Source: Nitrosopumilaceae archaeon (GTDB taxonomy: Archaea; Thermoproteota; Nitrososphaeria; Nitrososphaerales; Nitrosopumilaceae). From it: a DNA stretch of 64,000 nt. A program made the translations under genes and the position numbers. Positions 18,928 to 29,113 of the stretch are shown piece after piece. Position 1 is the stretch's first letter, and every line of letters begins with the position of its first letter. Location of the stretch: NCBI GenBank assembly GCA_011523285.1, contig WTHC01000025.1:11848-75847 (forward strand), given 5' to 3'. The notes under the pieces are model-generated. The model ran no database searches, was not told the DNA's origin, and saw only the letters and a list, made by a program, of their open reading frames with translations.

Positions 18928-19908
18928 ATGTTTGATATCTTATGTATATTAATTTTAACTTTTATTATTGATATCAAATTTGGAGATCCTCCAAATAAAT
19001 TTCATCCTACTGCATGGGTCGGTTTCATAATATCAAAAGTTGTAAACATTGTCACAACATATAACAAACACGAAAAACTACTAGGCGTAATATTAACAAT
19101 TTTTGTTGTGGCCTTGGTATTATCAATATTATATATCATAATGAATTTCATCATCATGGTTCTTGAGCGTTATACTACATTAGATTACGTATTCGTATTT
19201 TTGATTATTTCTATGTCTATGCTGCTTAAAACAACTATTTCAATAAATAATATGGAAAAACATGCTATTTTGATTATGGACGCATTAGACAATAATAATT
19301 ATCACGATGCCAGACAAAAATTATCATTAATAGTTAGTAGAAATACAATAAAACTAGACAAAAACCACATTATTTCTGGAGTTTTAGAAAGTGTTAGTGA
19401 AAATACTGTTGATGGAATAACGGCTCCATTATTTTATTTCATATTTTTCGGAATAAAAGCAGCATTTGTTTATAGAACAATCAATACAATAGATTCTATG
19501 ATTGGTTATAAGAATTTTATATTTAGAAATATAGGATGGTTTGGAGCTAATTGTGACACTCTGCTGAATTACATTCCATCCAGATTAACTGCCTATGTAA
19601 TTATTCTATGTGCTATGATTTTAGGATATGATTGGAGAAGTTCTTTCAAAATCATGAAACGTGATAATATGAAAACTGAAAGTTGCAATTCTGGATATCC
19701 TATTGCTGCATTAGCCGGTGCATTACAAGTGCAACTAGAAAAAATAGATCATTATATAATCGGTGACGGATCAATAAACTTGACTACTAAAACTATTAAA
19801 TCTGCAATTATAATTATGAAATTAACTTCCATAGTTTTTTGCGTTATATTTGTAACATTTTCATTTTTATTATCTAATTACATGGGATGGCTGTTTTTCT
19901 ATGTTTGA
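18928..19908 (+). CDS. cbiB: Adenosylcobinamide-phosphate synthase
   Basis: GDP....HP, ESVSENTVDG..APLFY, NTIDSMIGY, LNYIPSR and NSGYP motifs. Confidence 0.95.
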   Translation: MFDILCILILTFIIDIKFGDPPNKFHPTAWVGFIISKVVNIVTTYNKHEKLLGVILTIFVVALVLSILYIIMNFIIMVLERYTTLDYVFVFLIISMSMLLKTTISINNMEKHAILIMDALDNNNYHDARQKLSLIVSRNTIKLDKNHIISGVLESVSENTVDGITAPLFYFIFFGIKAAFVYRTINTIDSMIGYKNFIFRNIGWFGANCDTLLNYIPSRLTAYVIILCAMILGYDWRSSFKIMKRDNMKTESCNSGYPIAALAGALQVQLEKIDHYIIGDGSINLTTKTIKSAIIIMKLTSIVFCVIFVTFSFLLSNYMGWLFFYV

Positions 19909-20629
19909 TGCTATTTCATCAGTATTTTCGTTTTTAACAATAATACCATCTAAAAATCAAAGATTAGAGTACATTGCACAAAATATACATTTGTTTCCAA
20001 TCGTGGGAATTATAATTGGCATCATAATATCTATTATAAATTTTGTATTTTTGCTATTTTTACATCCATTATTATCTAGCTTGTTTATCGTCTTATTATT
20101 AATGGTTATTACAGGACTTCATCATATGGACGGCTTGATAGATTTCTCAGACGGTGTAATGACTAAAGGTAACAAAACAAAAAAAATACAATCTATGAAA
20201 GATACTGCAATTGGATCTGCAGGTACATTAACATCGATATTTTATATCATCAGTTTAATTTTAATAATTTCTATGTTACATGAATTTGTGGCATTGAAAG
20301 CAATAATTTTAAGTGAAATGATGGCAAAATTCTCTATGGTATTGCAAGCTAGAATTAATTCATCTACACCATCAAGTATTAGTTTTTTATTCATAAAACA
20401 CATAAAACATAATGATAAAATGATGATATTCGCCACATTGATTTTGATGACTGTGTCTATTACATTCGCAGGTGTCTTAGGACTATTGGTAGCAACAATT
20501 GTATCTGTGGCTGTGTTGATGATTGGATTTATATCGCGCATTAATTTTGGAGGTGTTTCTGGCGATGTGTTTGGTGCTACTAATGAATTAACAAGACTGA
20601 TATCGCTATTTGTGTTTGTTGTAGCATGA
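19901..20629 (+). CDS. cobS: Cobalamin 5'-phosphate synthase
   Basis: FLTIIP, TGLHHMDGLIDFSDG, MKD...G..G and GGVSGDVFGA..E motifs. Confidence 0.95.
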   Translation: MFDAISSVFSFLTIIPSKNQRLEYIAQNIHLFPIVGIIIGIIISIINFVFLLFLHPLLSSLFIVLLLMVITGLHHMDGLIDFSDGVMTKGNKTKKIQSMKDTAIGSAGTLTSIFYIISLILIISMLHEFVALKAIILSEMMAKFSMVLQARINSSTPSSISFLFIKHIKHNDKMMIFATLILMTVSITFAGVLGLLVATIVSVAVLMIGFISRINFGGVSGDVFGATNELTRLISLFVFVVA

Positions 20630-21219
20630 TCGCACTAATCATGGCTGGCGGCCGTGGGAAAAGGATGAAAATTACAAAAGAAAAATTACTTTTAAGATAT
20701 AACAAACCACTTATATCTCATGTTGTTGAAGCTTTACAAAAATCTAATTGTTTTTCTCGAATCATTGCAGCTACTAGTATACATTCAAAACAAACAAGAC
20801 TATTGTTAAGCAGATCTCATATTGAAATTTTAGACACTCCGGGACATGGATATGTTTTAGACCTCAATTTAATTCTTAAATCTTTGAACGATTATATTTT
20901 CATAATTTCTGGAGATATGCCACTAATAGATAAACAAATAATAGAAAAAATAATCAGTTTACATGATACTGATAATGTTTGGACAAGCTATTTAGTCACA
21001 AAAAATTTTGTGACAGAATTTCAAATATCGTACTCCAAAACCATTACATTCCAAAACCAAGAATGTGTTTTAACAGGTTTGTCAATAGTAAATTCAAATA
21101 AAATAAAAGATCTTAGTCATATTGTAGAAACTTACATAATATTAAATGACAGAAGAATAGCTGTAAACATTAATACTCTCAAAGATTATCAATCACTACT
21201 ACCGACAACTTTGCCATAA
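20626..21219 (+). CDS. cobY: GTP:adenosylcobinamide-phosphate guanylyltransferase
   Basis: ALIMAGGRGKRM..EK, G.GY..DL, DMP and NINT..D motifs; cob cluster context. Confidence 0.88.
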   Translation: MIALIMAGGRGKRMKITKEKLLLRYNKPLISHVVEALQKSNCFSRIIAATSIHSKQTRLLLSRSHIEILDTPGHGYVLDLNLILKSLNDYIFIISGDMPLIDKQIIEKIISLHDTDNVWTSYLVTKNFVTEFQISYSKTITFQNQECVLTGLSIVNSNKIKDLSHIVETYIILNDRRIAVNINTLKDYQSLLPTTLP

Positions 21220-21386
21220 AATCTAGCTAATGCTCCTGTAGGTTTAGCTAAAGTATTTCCACATGATTTACAAGTTACCATGGTAGTTACATGTGAGAAA
21301 ACAACATTTTCTTCATTACATTCTTTGCAAATAACTTTATAAAATTTACTACTGGGTTTGGGTACGGATATATGATTTTTTTTCAA
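21189..21386 (-). CDS. rps27e: 30S ribosomal protein S27e
   Basis: P.SKF.KV.C..C....VVFSH....V.C..CG..LA.PTG pattern. Confidence 0.95.
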   Translation of the reverse strand: MKKNHISVPKPSSKFYKVICKECNEENVVFSHVTTMVTCKSCGNTLAKPTGALARFYGKVVGSSD

Positions 21387-21387
21387 T

Positions 21388-21663
21388 TTAAGTTAATTCA
21401 AATTTTCTTATTCGAATTCCATATTTATTAATTTTTGTTTTACATATTGTGCACATTATAATCGGTGTTACTTTTTTAGTAGTCTTTGCTGGTTTGGCTA
21501 ATTTAGGAAACTTTTGACCGCCATAACCTTTTTTATCTTCATTATGTCTACGTTCTCCAATAGCTGAACCTCTTCTTTTACCAGCTTTGTATATTGATAT
21601 TTTCTGTTTGGTATGTTTATTACATTTAGCACAAAATTTCATGACTTCTTTCGGTATGTTCAT
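21388..21663 (-). CDS. rpl44e: 50S ribosomal protein L44e
   Basis: C..C.KHT, GYGGQKFP, KTTKK and C..C motifs. Confidence 0.96.
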   Translation of the reverse strand: MNIPKEVMKFCAKCNKHTKQKISIYKAGKRRGSAIGERRHNEDKKGYGGQKFPKLAKPAKTTKKVTPIIMCTICKTKINKYGIRIRKFELT

Positions 21664-21727
21664 AACCGTTACCTGTGATACAGTAATTTAAACATCACTT
21701 ATTAACAACATCTTACAATAATGTTAG

Positions 21728-23494
21728 ATGGATTATTCTTCATTACATTCTATGATAATGAAACTTAATCAAGTGTCTATGGGCGAGCTGGCATGCGATT
21801 TACTTTTAAAAAACTGCTCTCTGATTAATGTTTATAGTAATGAAATCATTAAAAATACACAAATTTCTATTTTAGGAGATAGGATAGCATATGTTGGTAT
21901 GGACGCTAGTCATACGATTGGACCAAACACACTAATAATAGACTTGAAAGGTATGTACATATCTCCTAGTTTTGCAGATTCTCACATTCATATGGATCAA
22001 TTTGTTTTACCAGCAGAATTTATTAAAAATTCTTTGTTACGTGGCGTCACATCTTTTTTCTCAGATCCGATTGATGTAGTTAGTGTTTGTGGCTATCGTG
22101 GATTTGTAAATTTTCTAGATCTATTGAAAGATATTCCATCTAGAATATTTACAACTATACCAGGAGGTTTACCTGTAGACTATGAATTCAGTGAATGTAA
22201 AAATCTTAGTAATCAACAAGAAAAGATAGCATTGAATTTACCTCATGTAATTGGACTTGGTGAAGTTTTCTCATGGGCCAAAGTAACAAACCGTAACCCT
22301 CTAATCATGGAAAAATTATCTATAATGTTAAAAAATAATCATATAATTAATGGTCATACTGCAGGCGCTACCACCAAAAAACTTAATGCTTACATATCTT
22401 CTGGTATTCTCTCTTGCCATGAACCAATTGATTTTAACGAATTCATTGAAAGACTACGGCTAGGAATGTGGTTGATGATTAGGGACGGTTCTATAAGACG
22501 AGATCTGAGTAATATAATTCCACATGTTATAACAAATAAAATCTATAACAATAAATTGATGTTTTGCTCTGATGGGTTAAACCCTAGTGATATTAAAAAT
22601 ATAGGTCATATTGATCATTGTATACGTGAATCAATAAAATGTGGATTGAACCCAATTAGTGCAATTTGTATTGCTTCTAAAAATTGCTTTGATTATTACA
22701 ATTTGAACAAAGATTTTGGAGGAATTTCTCCTGGAAAAGTTGCAGATATGGTGGTTTTTGATGATATAAAAAAAATCAAACCTATTCAAGTTTTTGTTGG
22801 TGGTAGATTAATAGTATCTCGAGGCACCATTCTTACTCCATTTAAGAATAGAAACATACCAAACTGGATAACCAAAACCATTAAAACAAAAAAATTGTCT
22901 CAAGATAATTTTAAAACTAACGTGAAATTAAAACATACTACAGCAATGACAATTTATTTAAAAACTGAAATCATCACAACACAAAACTATGTTGATTTAC
23001 AAAATGATAATGGAAATATATTGCCATCTTTTGACAAAGATGTCTGGAAAGTTGCTGCTATAGATAGAATATTTAATTCAAATAAATACTATGTAGGGTT
23101 TTTACAAAACTTTGGATCTGACATTGGCGCATTTGCATCTACTTGGAGTTTCCACGAAAATAATATTGTGGTTATTGGCTCAAATGAAAACGACATGGCT
23201 GTTGCAGTAAACAATTTAATTCAAATGGGAGGCGGTATGATTATAATAAAAAATAGTAAAATTTTGGCCGCATTGCCGTTACAGTATGCAGGAATATTAT
23301 CCACAGATACGTTTGACAAAGTACTTGATAATTTTAATCAAATTAATTCTATCCTTCTAGATTCTGGATGTAAATTTAGAAAACCATATTTGATTCCATT
23401 ATTTCTTACATTTTTAGCATTACCAGAAGTAAGAATCACTTGTAATGGCATCGTAAATGTTAAATCTAAATCATATGAACAAATAATAAAATAG
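21728..23494 (+). CDS. ade: Adenine deaminase
   Basis: DSHIH, GLGEV, NGH, CHE, CSDG, GHIDH, G.ISPGKVAD and L.LPEVRIT..G motifs; 588 aa, AdeC-like. Confidence 0.85.
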   Translation: MDYSSLHSMIMKLNQVSMGELACDLLLKNCSLINVYSNEIIKNTQISILGDRIAYVGMDASHTIGPNTLIIDLKGMYISPSFADSHIHMDQFVLPAEFIKNSLLRGVTSFFSDPIDVVSVCGYRGFVNFLDLLKDIPSRIFTTIPGGLPVDYEFSECKNLSNQQEKIALNLPHVIGLGEVFSWAKVTNRNPLIMEKLSIMLKNNHIINGHTAGATTKKLNAYISSGILSCHEPIDFNEFIERLRLGMWLMIRDGSIRRDLSNIIPHVITNKIYNNKLMFCSDGLNPSDIKNIGHIDHCIRESIKCGLNPISAICIASKNCFDYYNLNKDFGGISPGKVADMVVFDDIKKIKPIQVFVGGRLIVSRGTILTPFKNRNIPNWITKTIKTKKLSQDNFKTNVKLKHTTAMTIYLKTEIITTQNYVDLQNDNGNILPSFDKDVWKVAAIDRIFNSNKYYVGFLQNFGSDIGAFASTWSFHENNIVVIGSNENDMAVAVNNLIQMGGGMIIIKNSKILAALPLQYAGILSTDTFDKVLDNFNQINSILLDSGCKFRKPYLIPLFLTFLALPEVRITCNGIVNVKSKSYEQIIK

Positions 23495-23537
23495 GAAATA
23501 TTAAAAAGAGGGACAGTATAAAAGAAATTGAAATTTA

Positions 23538-25163
23538 ATGGCTTCAATTCAACAAACCCCAAATGGACCAGTTCTTGTTCTTAAAGAAAGTGCCCTTCAA
23601 CAAAAAGGTAAAGATGCACAAAAAAATAATATTGCTGCTGCAAAATTAGTATCTGATTTAGTTAAAACCAGTCTTGGACCTAGAGGCTTAGATAAAATGT
23701 TAGTTGATTCTATTGGTGACGTGACTATCACAAATGATGGTGCTACTATTCTTAAAGAAATTGATGTTCAACATCCTGCAGCTAAAATGATGGTTGAAAT
23801 ATCAAAAACTATTGATAATGAAGTTGGTGATGGTACTACTACCTCTGTTGTTTTTGCGGGTGCATTGCTTGACAAAGCAGAAACTCTTCTAAGTAAAGAT
23901 GTTCATTCTTCTGTTATAGTTGATGCTTACCAAGAAGCAGCTGAAAAAACACTTAATTTATTGTCTGAAATTGCTAAACCTGTAGAACCAGACGCTAAAG
24001 AAGCTCTACTAAAAATAGCTAAAACCAGTATGGAATCAAAATTAATTTCTGAAGATAGTAAAGAATTATCAAAACTAGTAGTAGATGCAGTTTTAAAAAT
24101 ATCAAATAAAAAAAATGATGGAGATTATAAAGTTGATCTAGATAATATAAAAGTAGAAAAAAAAGCCGGTGGTTCTATCGCAGATACTTTATTAGTCAAA
24201 GGTATTGTTCTAGACAAAGAAATAGTACATAGTGGAATGCCTACAAAAATACAAGACGCTAAAATTGCTTTAATTAATGCCGCCATTGAAGTAGAAAAAA
24301 CTGAAATGAGCGCTGAAATAAGAATAACAGATCCAACACAAATGAATATGTTCTTAGAAGAAGAAAATGGGATGCTAAAAAATATGGTTGATAAAATTCA
24401 TGGCGCTGGAGCTAATGTACTTATATGTCAAAAAGGTATTGACGATATTGCACAACATTATCTTTCTAAACATGGAATAATGGCTATTAGAAGAGTCAAA
24501 GAAAGCGATATGGTCAAACTTGCCAAAGCTACCACCGGGAGAATAACTACTAGTGTGGAAGAACTCACAGAAAATGATCTCGGCAAAGCTGATTTGGTAC
24601 AACAAAAAAAGGTTGAAGCTGACAAGTGGGTATTCATAGAAGGTTGTAAACATCCACAATCTGTAACATTATTATTGAGAGGAGGTTCACAACGAATAGT
24701 TGATGAAGTAGATAGATCTATACATGATGCGCTTATGGTAGTTAAAGATGTAATTGAAAAACCATCCATAGTTGCTGGCGGAGGCGCAACAGAAGCTTAT
24801 TTAGCATCAAGCTTACGCAAATGGGCTGATAACAAAGAAGGGCGTGGTCAACTAGCACTGATTAATTATGCTGAAGCATTGGAATCAATACCACTAACAA
24901 TTTCAGAAAATGCTGGCATGGACCCAATAGATACTCTAGTTACGTTGCGTGCAAAACAAAATCAAGGACGTAAATGGGCTGGAATCAACGCTAAAGATAA
25001 TAAAATAGCTGAAATGTATTCGCTTGATATAGTTGAACCCATATCTGTCAAAGAACAAATAATTAAATCTGCAACCGAAGCAGCATGTATGATACTACGA
25101 ATTGATGATGTTATATCTATATCTGGTGGCTCTCAAGGTGGAGGCAAAGCAGGTACACCATAA
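23538..25163 (+). CDS. ths: Thermosome (group II chaperonin) subunit
   Basis: [30 protein letters not shown] and ILRIDD motifs. Confidence 0.97.
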   Translation: MASIQQTPNGPVLVLKESALQQKGKDAQKNNIAAAKLVSDLVKTSLGPRGLDKMLVDSIGDVTITNDGATILKEIDVQHPAAKMMVEISKTIDNEVGDGTTTSVVFAGALLDKAETLLSKDVHSSVIVDAYQEAAEKTLNLLSEIAKPVEPDAKEALLKIAKTSMESKLISEDSKELSKLVVDAVLKISNKKNDGDYKVDLDNIKVEKKAGGSIADTLLVKGIVLDKEIVHSGMPTKIQDAKIALINAAIEVEKTEMSAEIRITDPTQMNMFLEEENGMLKNMVDKIHGAGANVLICQKGIDDIAQHYLSKHGIMAIRRVKESDMVKLAKATTGRITTSVEELTENDLGKADLVQQKKVEADKWVFIEGCKHPQSVTLLLRGGSQRIVDEVDRSIHDALMVVKDVIEKPSIVAGGGATEAYLASSLRKWADNKEGRGQLALINYAEALESIPLTISENAGMDPIDTLVTLRAKQNQGRKWAGINAKDNKIAEMYSLDIVEPISVKEQIIKSATEAACMILRIDDVISISGGSQGGGKAGTP

Positions 25164-25361
25164 TCACACATCAATTTAATAAGTATTTTTTAAATACAAT
25201 TAGTTCATTGTATGTATAATTATATTAAATTTATTTTAGAATCATTTTTATGTACATCTATATGCTAATACAAATTTCATTTTTATTTCAATATGTTCAT
25301 AATATGTGACAAGACAACAATAATCTAATTCAAAACTAATCTAAAAATTAATAATTATATA

Positions 25362-26882
25362 TCATTGTGGTTCAATTGTTGCTGGTGGTTTACTAGATAT
25401 TATATAAGATACCCATGTAACTTCGTCTATTTCATTCGTTATTCTATTGCTTATTCTTTCTAATATTTTATATGGCAATCTAGTCCAATCTGCAGTCATA
25501 GCGTCTGTAGAATTCACAACTCGTATCATGACAATATTTCCAATTTTGCGTTTATCTCCACTGACACCTGTTGCACGATCATCACCCAGTGCAGCATATG
25601 CTTGCCATACTGTATCGTAAATTTTTGACTTCATTAACTCTTCTTCAACTATTCTACTTGCAAATCTTACAATTCTTAATTTTTTTCTTGTTACCTCACC
25701 AATTATTCTAACAGCTAATCCTGGACCTGGGAATGGATGTCTATTAATAATATTGTCTGGAACATTAAATATTTTAGCAATTTTTCTAACATCGTCTTTA
25801 TATAAATCTCGTATTGGCTCCAAAATTTTTAATGTTAACCAGTTTGGTATGCCTCCAACATTATGATGTGTTTTTATTACAGAAGATGGACCATGTGAAA
25901 TACCACTTTCTATAACATCTGGATACAAAGTTCCTTGAGCTAGCCATTTTAGATTTTTGTTTTTGTTGGCATATGCGGAAAAAATTTTAACGAATTCTTC
26001 TCCTATTACCATCCTTTTTTTCTCTGGATCGTGTATATTTTTTAGTTGATCTAAAAATCTTTTTTGTGCATTGATTGTGATTATTTGTATTCCCATCTTA
26101 GAAAATATTTCTTGAACTGATTTCACTTCATCTATTCTTAATAGTCCATTATCAATAAAAATACATTTTAATCTATTTCCTATTGACTTATGAATTAATA
26201 ATGCTGTCACTGTAGAATCTATGCCGCCACTAACACCGCATATTACATCGCCTGTTATCTTGGAAATTTCTTTGATCGTATCATCAATAAAATTTTTCAT
26301 GTTCCATTCTTTCTTAGCCAAACAAATTTTTAAAACAAAGTTTTTAAGAATTTGTATGCCATGATCTGTATGGACAACTTCTGGATGAAATTGTACTCCG
26401 TAAATAAATTTCGTTGTATTCTCTATAACAGCTGCATGTGATCTACTTGTACTAGCAGTTATTTCAAAACCATGTGGTATCTTTATAGCTTCATCTCCAT
26501 GACTCATCCAAGCTCTTGTATTTTTTCCAATGTTGCTTAGTAAATCAGAATTATTTTTTATTGAAAGCATCGCAGATCCATATTCTTTATTTGCATCTTT
26601 CACAACACCTCCAAAATTATTGACTATTAATTGATGTCCGTAACAAATACCTAAAATTGGTATCCCTGAATCGAAAATATGTTTTTCTGGAATTGGATGC
26701 TTGTCATCATATATACTAGATGGACTTCCTGACAAGATTATTCCTTTTGGTTTCATTTGTTTTAATTTGATAAATGGTATGTTATATGGAACAAGCTCTG
26801 CATATACTGCAAAATTTCTTATCCGTCTACATATAAGATGACTGTATTGAGAACCAAAATCTAATACTATTATTTTATCCAT
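25362..26882 (-). CDS. guaA: GMP synthase (fused GATase + ATPPase)
   Basis: LDFGSQY, GICYGHQ, QFHPEV, SGGIDS, IKTHHNVGG and KPPATIE motifs. Confidence 0.97.
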   Translation of the reverse strand: MDKIIVLDFGSQYSHLICRRIRNFAVYAELVPYNIPFIKLKQMKPKGIILSGSPSSIYDDKHPIPEKHIFDSGIPILGICYGHQLIVNNFGGVVKDANKEYGSAMLSIKNNSDLLSNIGKNTRAWMSHGDEAIKIPHGFEITASTSRSHAAVIENTTKFIYGVQFHPEVVHTDHGIQILKNFVLKICLAKKEWNMKNFIDDTIKEISKITGDVICGVSGGIDSTVTALLIHKSIGNRLKCIFIDNGLLRIDEVKSVQEIFSKMGIQIITINAQKRFLDQLKNIHDPEKKRMVIGEEFVKIFSAYANKNKNLKWLAQGTLYPDVIESGISHGPSSVIKTHHNVGGIPNWLTLKILEPIRDLYKDDVRKIAKIFNVPDNIINRHPFPGPGLAVRIIGEVTRKKLRIVRFASRIVEEELMKSKIYDTVWQAYAALGDDRATGVSGDKRKIGNIVMIRVVNSTDAMTADWTRLPYKILERISNRITNEIDEVTWVSYIISSKPPATIEPQ

Positions 26883-26888
26883 TGCATA

Positions 26889-27431
26889 TCAATTCGAATT
26901 TTCTAACATCCTAGATAGAGACCATGTTATAGTGTTTATGATTTCGTTTACTCTTTCTTTGATATTATAATTTTTTATTATTATACTTTTTAATATCGAC
27001 TTGTCATCAATTACTTCGCAGTTAATCATTTCATTTTCTCTGTTTGCGCCATTTTGGATATCGACTTTTTTCATTCCTGCAATTATTCTATTGATAAAGA
27101 AAGATTGAAATGGAGGCACATTAACATCTAAACTCACATTTTTTTCTAACACTATTGAAATTTTGTCAGAAGTGATATGTGCATTTGCAATTAACATTCC
27201 ATTTTTGCTACTATTTATTTGTACTGAATAACTAGATGTTGGTTTTTCATATTTATCAACATGTTTTGCTAATGAAGATGCTTTTGTAAAACTCCCTTCT
27301 TTAATAATCATATTTATTACCTTCAAATTTTTTTCCAATAATTTGTTCTCGTTCATATTTTTTTCTAATTTAAGAGCTAACATATCTTTTAGTTTAAACA
27401 AATCATTGATTTGTTCTTCTGTAAAATACAT
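26889..27431 (-). CDS. Conserved hypothetical protein with N-terminal coiled coil
   Basis: 180-aa ORF co-oriented between mptE and guaA with short gaps. Confidence 0.7.
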   Translation of the reverse strand: MYFTEEQINDLFKLKDMLALKLEKNMNENKLLEKNLKVINMIIKEGSFTKASSLAKHVDKYEKPTSSYSVQINSSKNGMLIANAHITSDKISIVLEKNVSLDVNVPPFQSFFINRIIAGMKKVDIQNGANRENEMINCEVIDDKSILKSIIIKNYNIKERVNEIINTITWSLSRMLENSN

Positions 27432-27454
27432 GATCTTATAACATCACATATGTA

Positions 27455-28195
27455 TTAAAACTCTGATCTAATTATATTTTTAATATCATTGTAATTTATT
27501 TTGGTGAACCCTTTTATCTGACTTGATGTGGTATAAAATTTTATTTTTGTTCCAGTAGCTAGCCATTCTAAAAGATCTTTTGCTTTTTTCATTTTTTTAA
27601 TTTTTAGTAATTTATTTTGTACTGTTTTTTTAGAATATTCTCCTATCACATTCCCAAAATCCATTCCGAACAGAATTATTTTTTTAGCATGAAAATATGC
27701 TGCCAGAAATACGCATCTGTCCCCATCAGTAAATCCTCCAAAGTTATAAATATTACCAAACGGTTTGGTTTCTGTTGTACCAATACAATTTTTTATCTTG
27801 GTAACCAATTTTAATTTATCATAATTATCTCCATGTGCATGAACAATGACTATTTCATCTTTTATATTATTTATGTACTCATCACATCCATCAAGATCTG
27901 TGACAATTATATCTGGTTCTACATTATTTTTGATTAAAGCATATGCGGCGCCATCTGCTACAATCTTAGTTACATTTTGAAATTTTTTTAAAATATGTAT
28001 TGATGATGAAACCGAAGGCCCAGCTCCAACAACGAATACTGTTCTATTTTCAATGCGTGATTTCAATTTTTCTATAGATGGTTTCGATTTCAATAACGAA
28101 TTTAATAGTTTGGCTGATTTCTCGTCGTCTTCTTCGTTATAATCGAATTCTTCTATAATTTGGGCATATTTCCTTTCCCAACCTGAAATGCTCAT
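27455..28195 (-). CDS. mptE: 6-hydroxymethyl-7,8-dihydropterin pyrophosphokinase (MptE/DUF115)
   Basis: W...Y..I...F.Y, GAGPS, ADGA, VTDLDG, HAHGDN and NFGGFTDGDR motifs; divergent from folP. Confidence 0.9.
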   Translation of the reverse strand: MSISGWERKYAQIIEEFDYNEEDDEKSAKLLNSLLKSKPSIEKLKSRIENRTVFVVGAGPSVSSSIHILKKFQNVTKIVADGAAYALIKNNVEPDIIVTDLDGCDEYINNIKDEIVIVHAHGDNYDKLKLVTKIKNCIGTTETKPFGNIYNFGGFTDGDRCVFLAAYFHAKKIILFGMDFGNVIGEYSKKTVQNKLLKIKKMKKAKDLLEWLATGTKIKFYTTSSQIKGFTKINYNDIKNIIRSEF

Positions 28196-28219
28196 ATTAT
28201 ATCTTAATCACAGAATTAT

Positions 28220-29071
28220 ATGAATAGATTGGGTTCAATAAGTGTTGGTGGTTCTAATCCTGTTAGAATAATGGGAATTCTGAATATAAGTCCTGAATCA
28301 TTTTATAAAAAATCAATTAAAACAACTAAAAATGATATAATAGATACCGTACATTCTATGGAATGTGACGGAGCTGATTTTATTGATATTGGTGGTGTAT
28401 CTACAGCTCCTTATATCAGATCAAATATATCTACAGAAACAGAATCCAAACGTATCGCAGATGCAATTAAAATAGTGCAACAAACATCTAACATCCCAAT
28501 TTCTGTTGATACATGTAAATCGGCTGTAGCTAAACATGCATTAGATCTCGGAGTCGAAATTATTAATGATATTTCAGGACTGAAATATGATAGTAATATG
28601 ATCAATGTAATACGTAATTACGACGTATTCGTGATATTGACTGCTTACAGTAAACAAATGATTACTGGAAATAATTTGATACAAACCAAAAAATTATTAC
28701 ATCAAAGTCTTTGCCTAGCTAGGTCTATTGGTATATCAAAAGAAAAAATTGTATTAGATCCTGGTATTGGATTTTTTAGGAAACATGCCGTAGGCGAATT
28801 GTTTACAAAAATAAATTCATGTTGGCTATCTAGAGATATATCTATTATTAGAAATTTAAAATCCATTAAATTAAATCAACCTATGATGATTTCTGTATCT
28901 AATAAATCATTAATAGGAGAATTACTTCACAAAAAGAAACCGCAAGATAGATTATTTGGTTCGATCGCAGCAGAAGTAATCTCTGTTTGCAATGGAGCTG
29001 ATATAATTAGAACTCATAACGTATCTGAAACAAAAGACGCAATAATAATTGCTGAAAAATTAATTACATAA
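28220..29071 (+). CDS. folP: Dihydropteroate synthase
   Basis: MGILNISPESF, IDIGG.ST.P, SVDT, INDISG, DPGIGF, S.KS and IIRTHNV motifs. Confidence 0.93.
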   Translation: MNRLGSISVGGSNPVRIMGILNISPESFYKKSIKTTKNDIIDTVHSMECDGADFIDIGGVSTAPYIRSNISTETESKRIADAIKIVQQTSNIPISVDTCKSAVAKHALDLGVEIINDISGLKYDSNMINVIRNYDVFVILTAYSKQMITGNNLIQTKKLLHQSLCLARSIGISKEKIVLDPGIGFFRKHAVGELFTKINSCWLSRDISIIRNLKSIKLNQPMMISVSNKSLIGELLHKKKPQDRLFGSIAAEVISVCNGADIIRTHNVSETKDAIIIAEKLIT

Positions 29072-29077
29072 TAAAAG

Positions 29078-29085
29078 CTTATAAT
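29078..29085 (+). promoter_or_regulatory. BRE/TATA (AAAAG-CTTATAAT) for guaB
   Basis: TATA consensus 28 nt before the TTG start at 29114. Confidence 0.5.
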
Positions 29086-29113
29086 GTTTTTCATCTCATT
29101 TTATTTGATTTAA

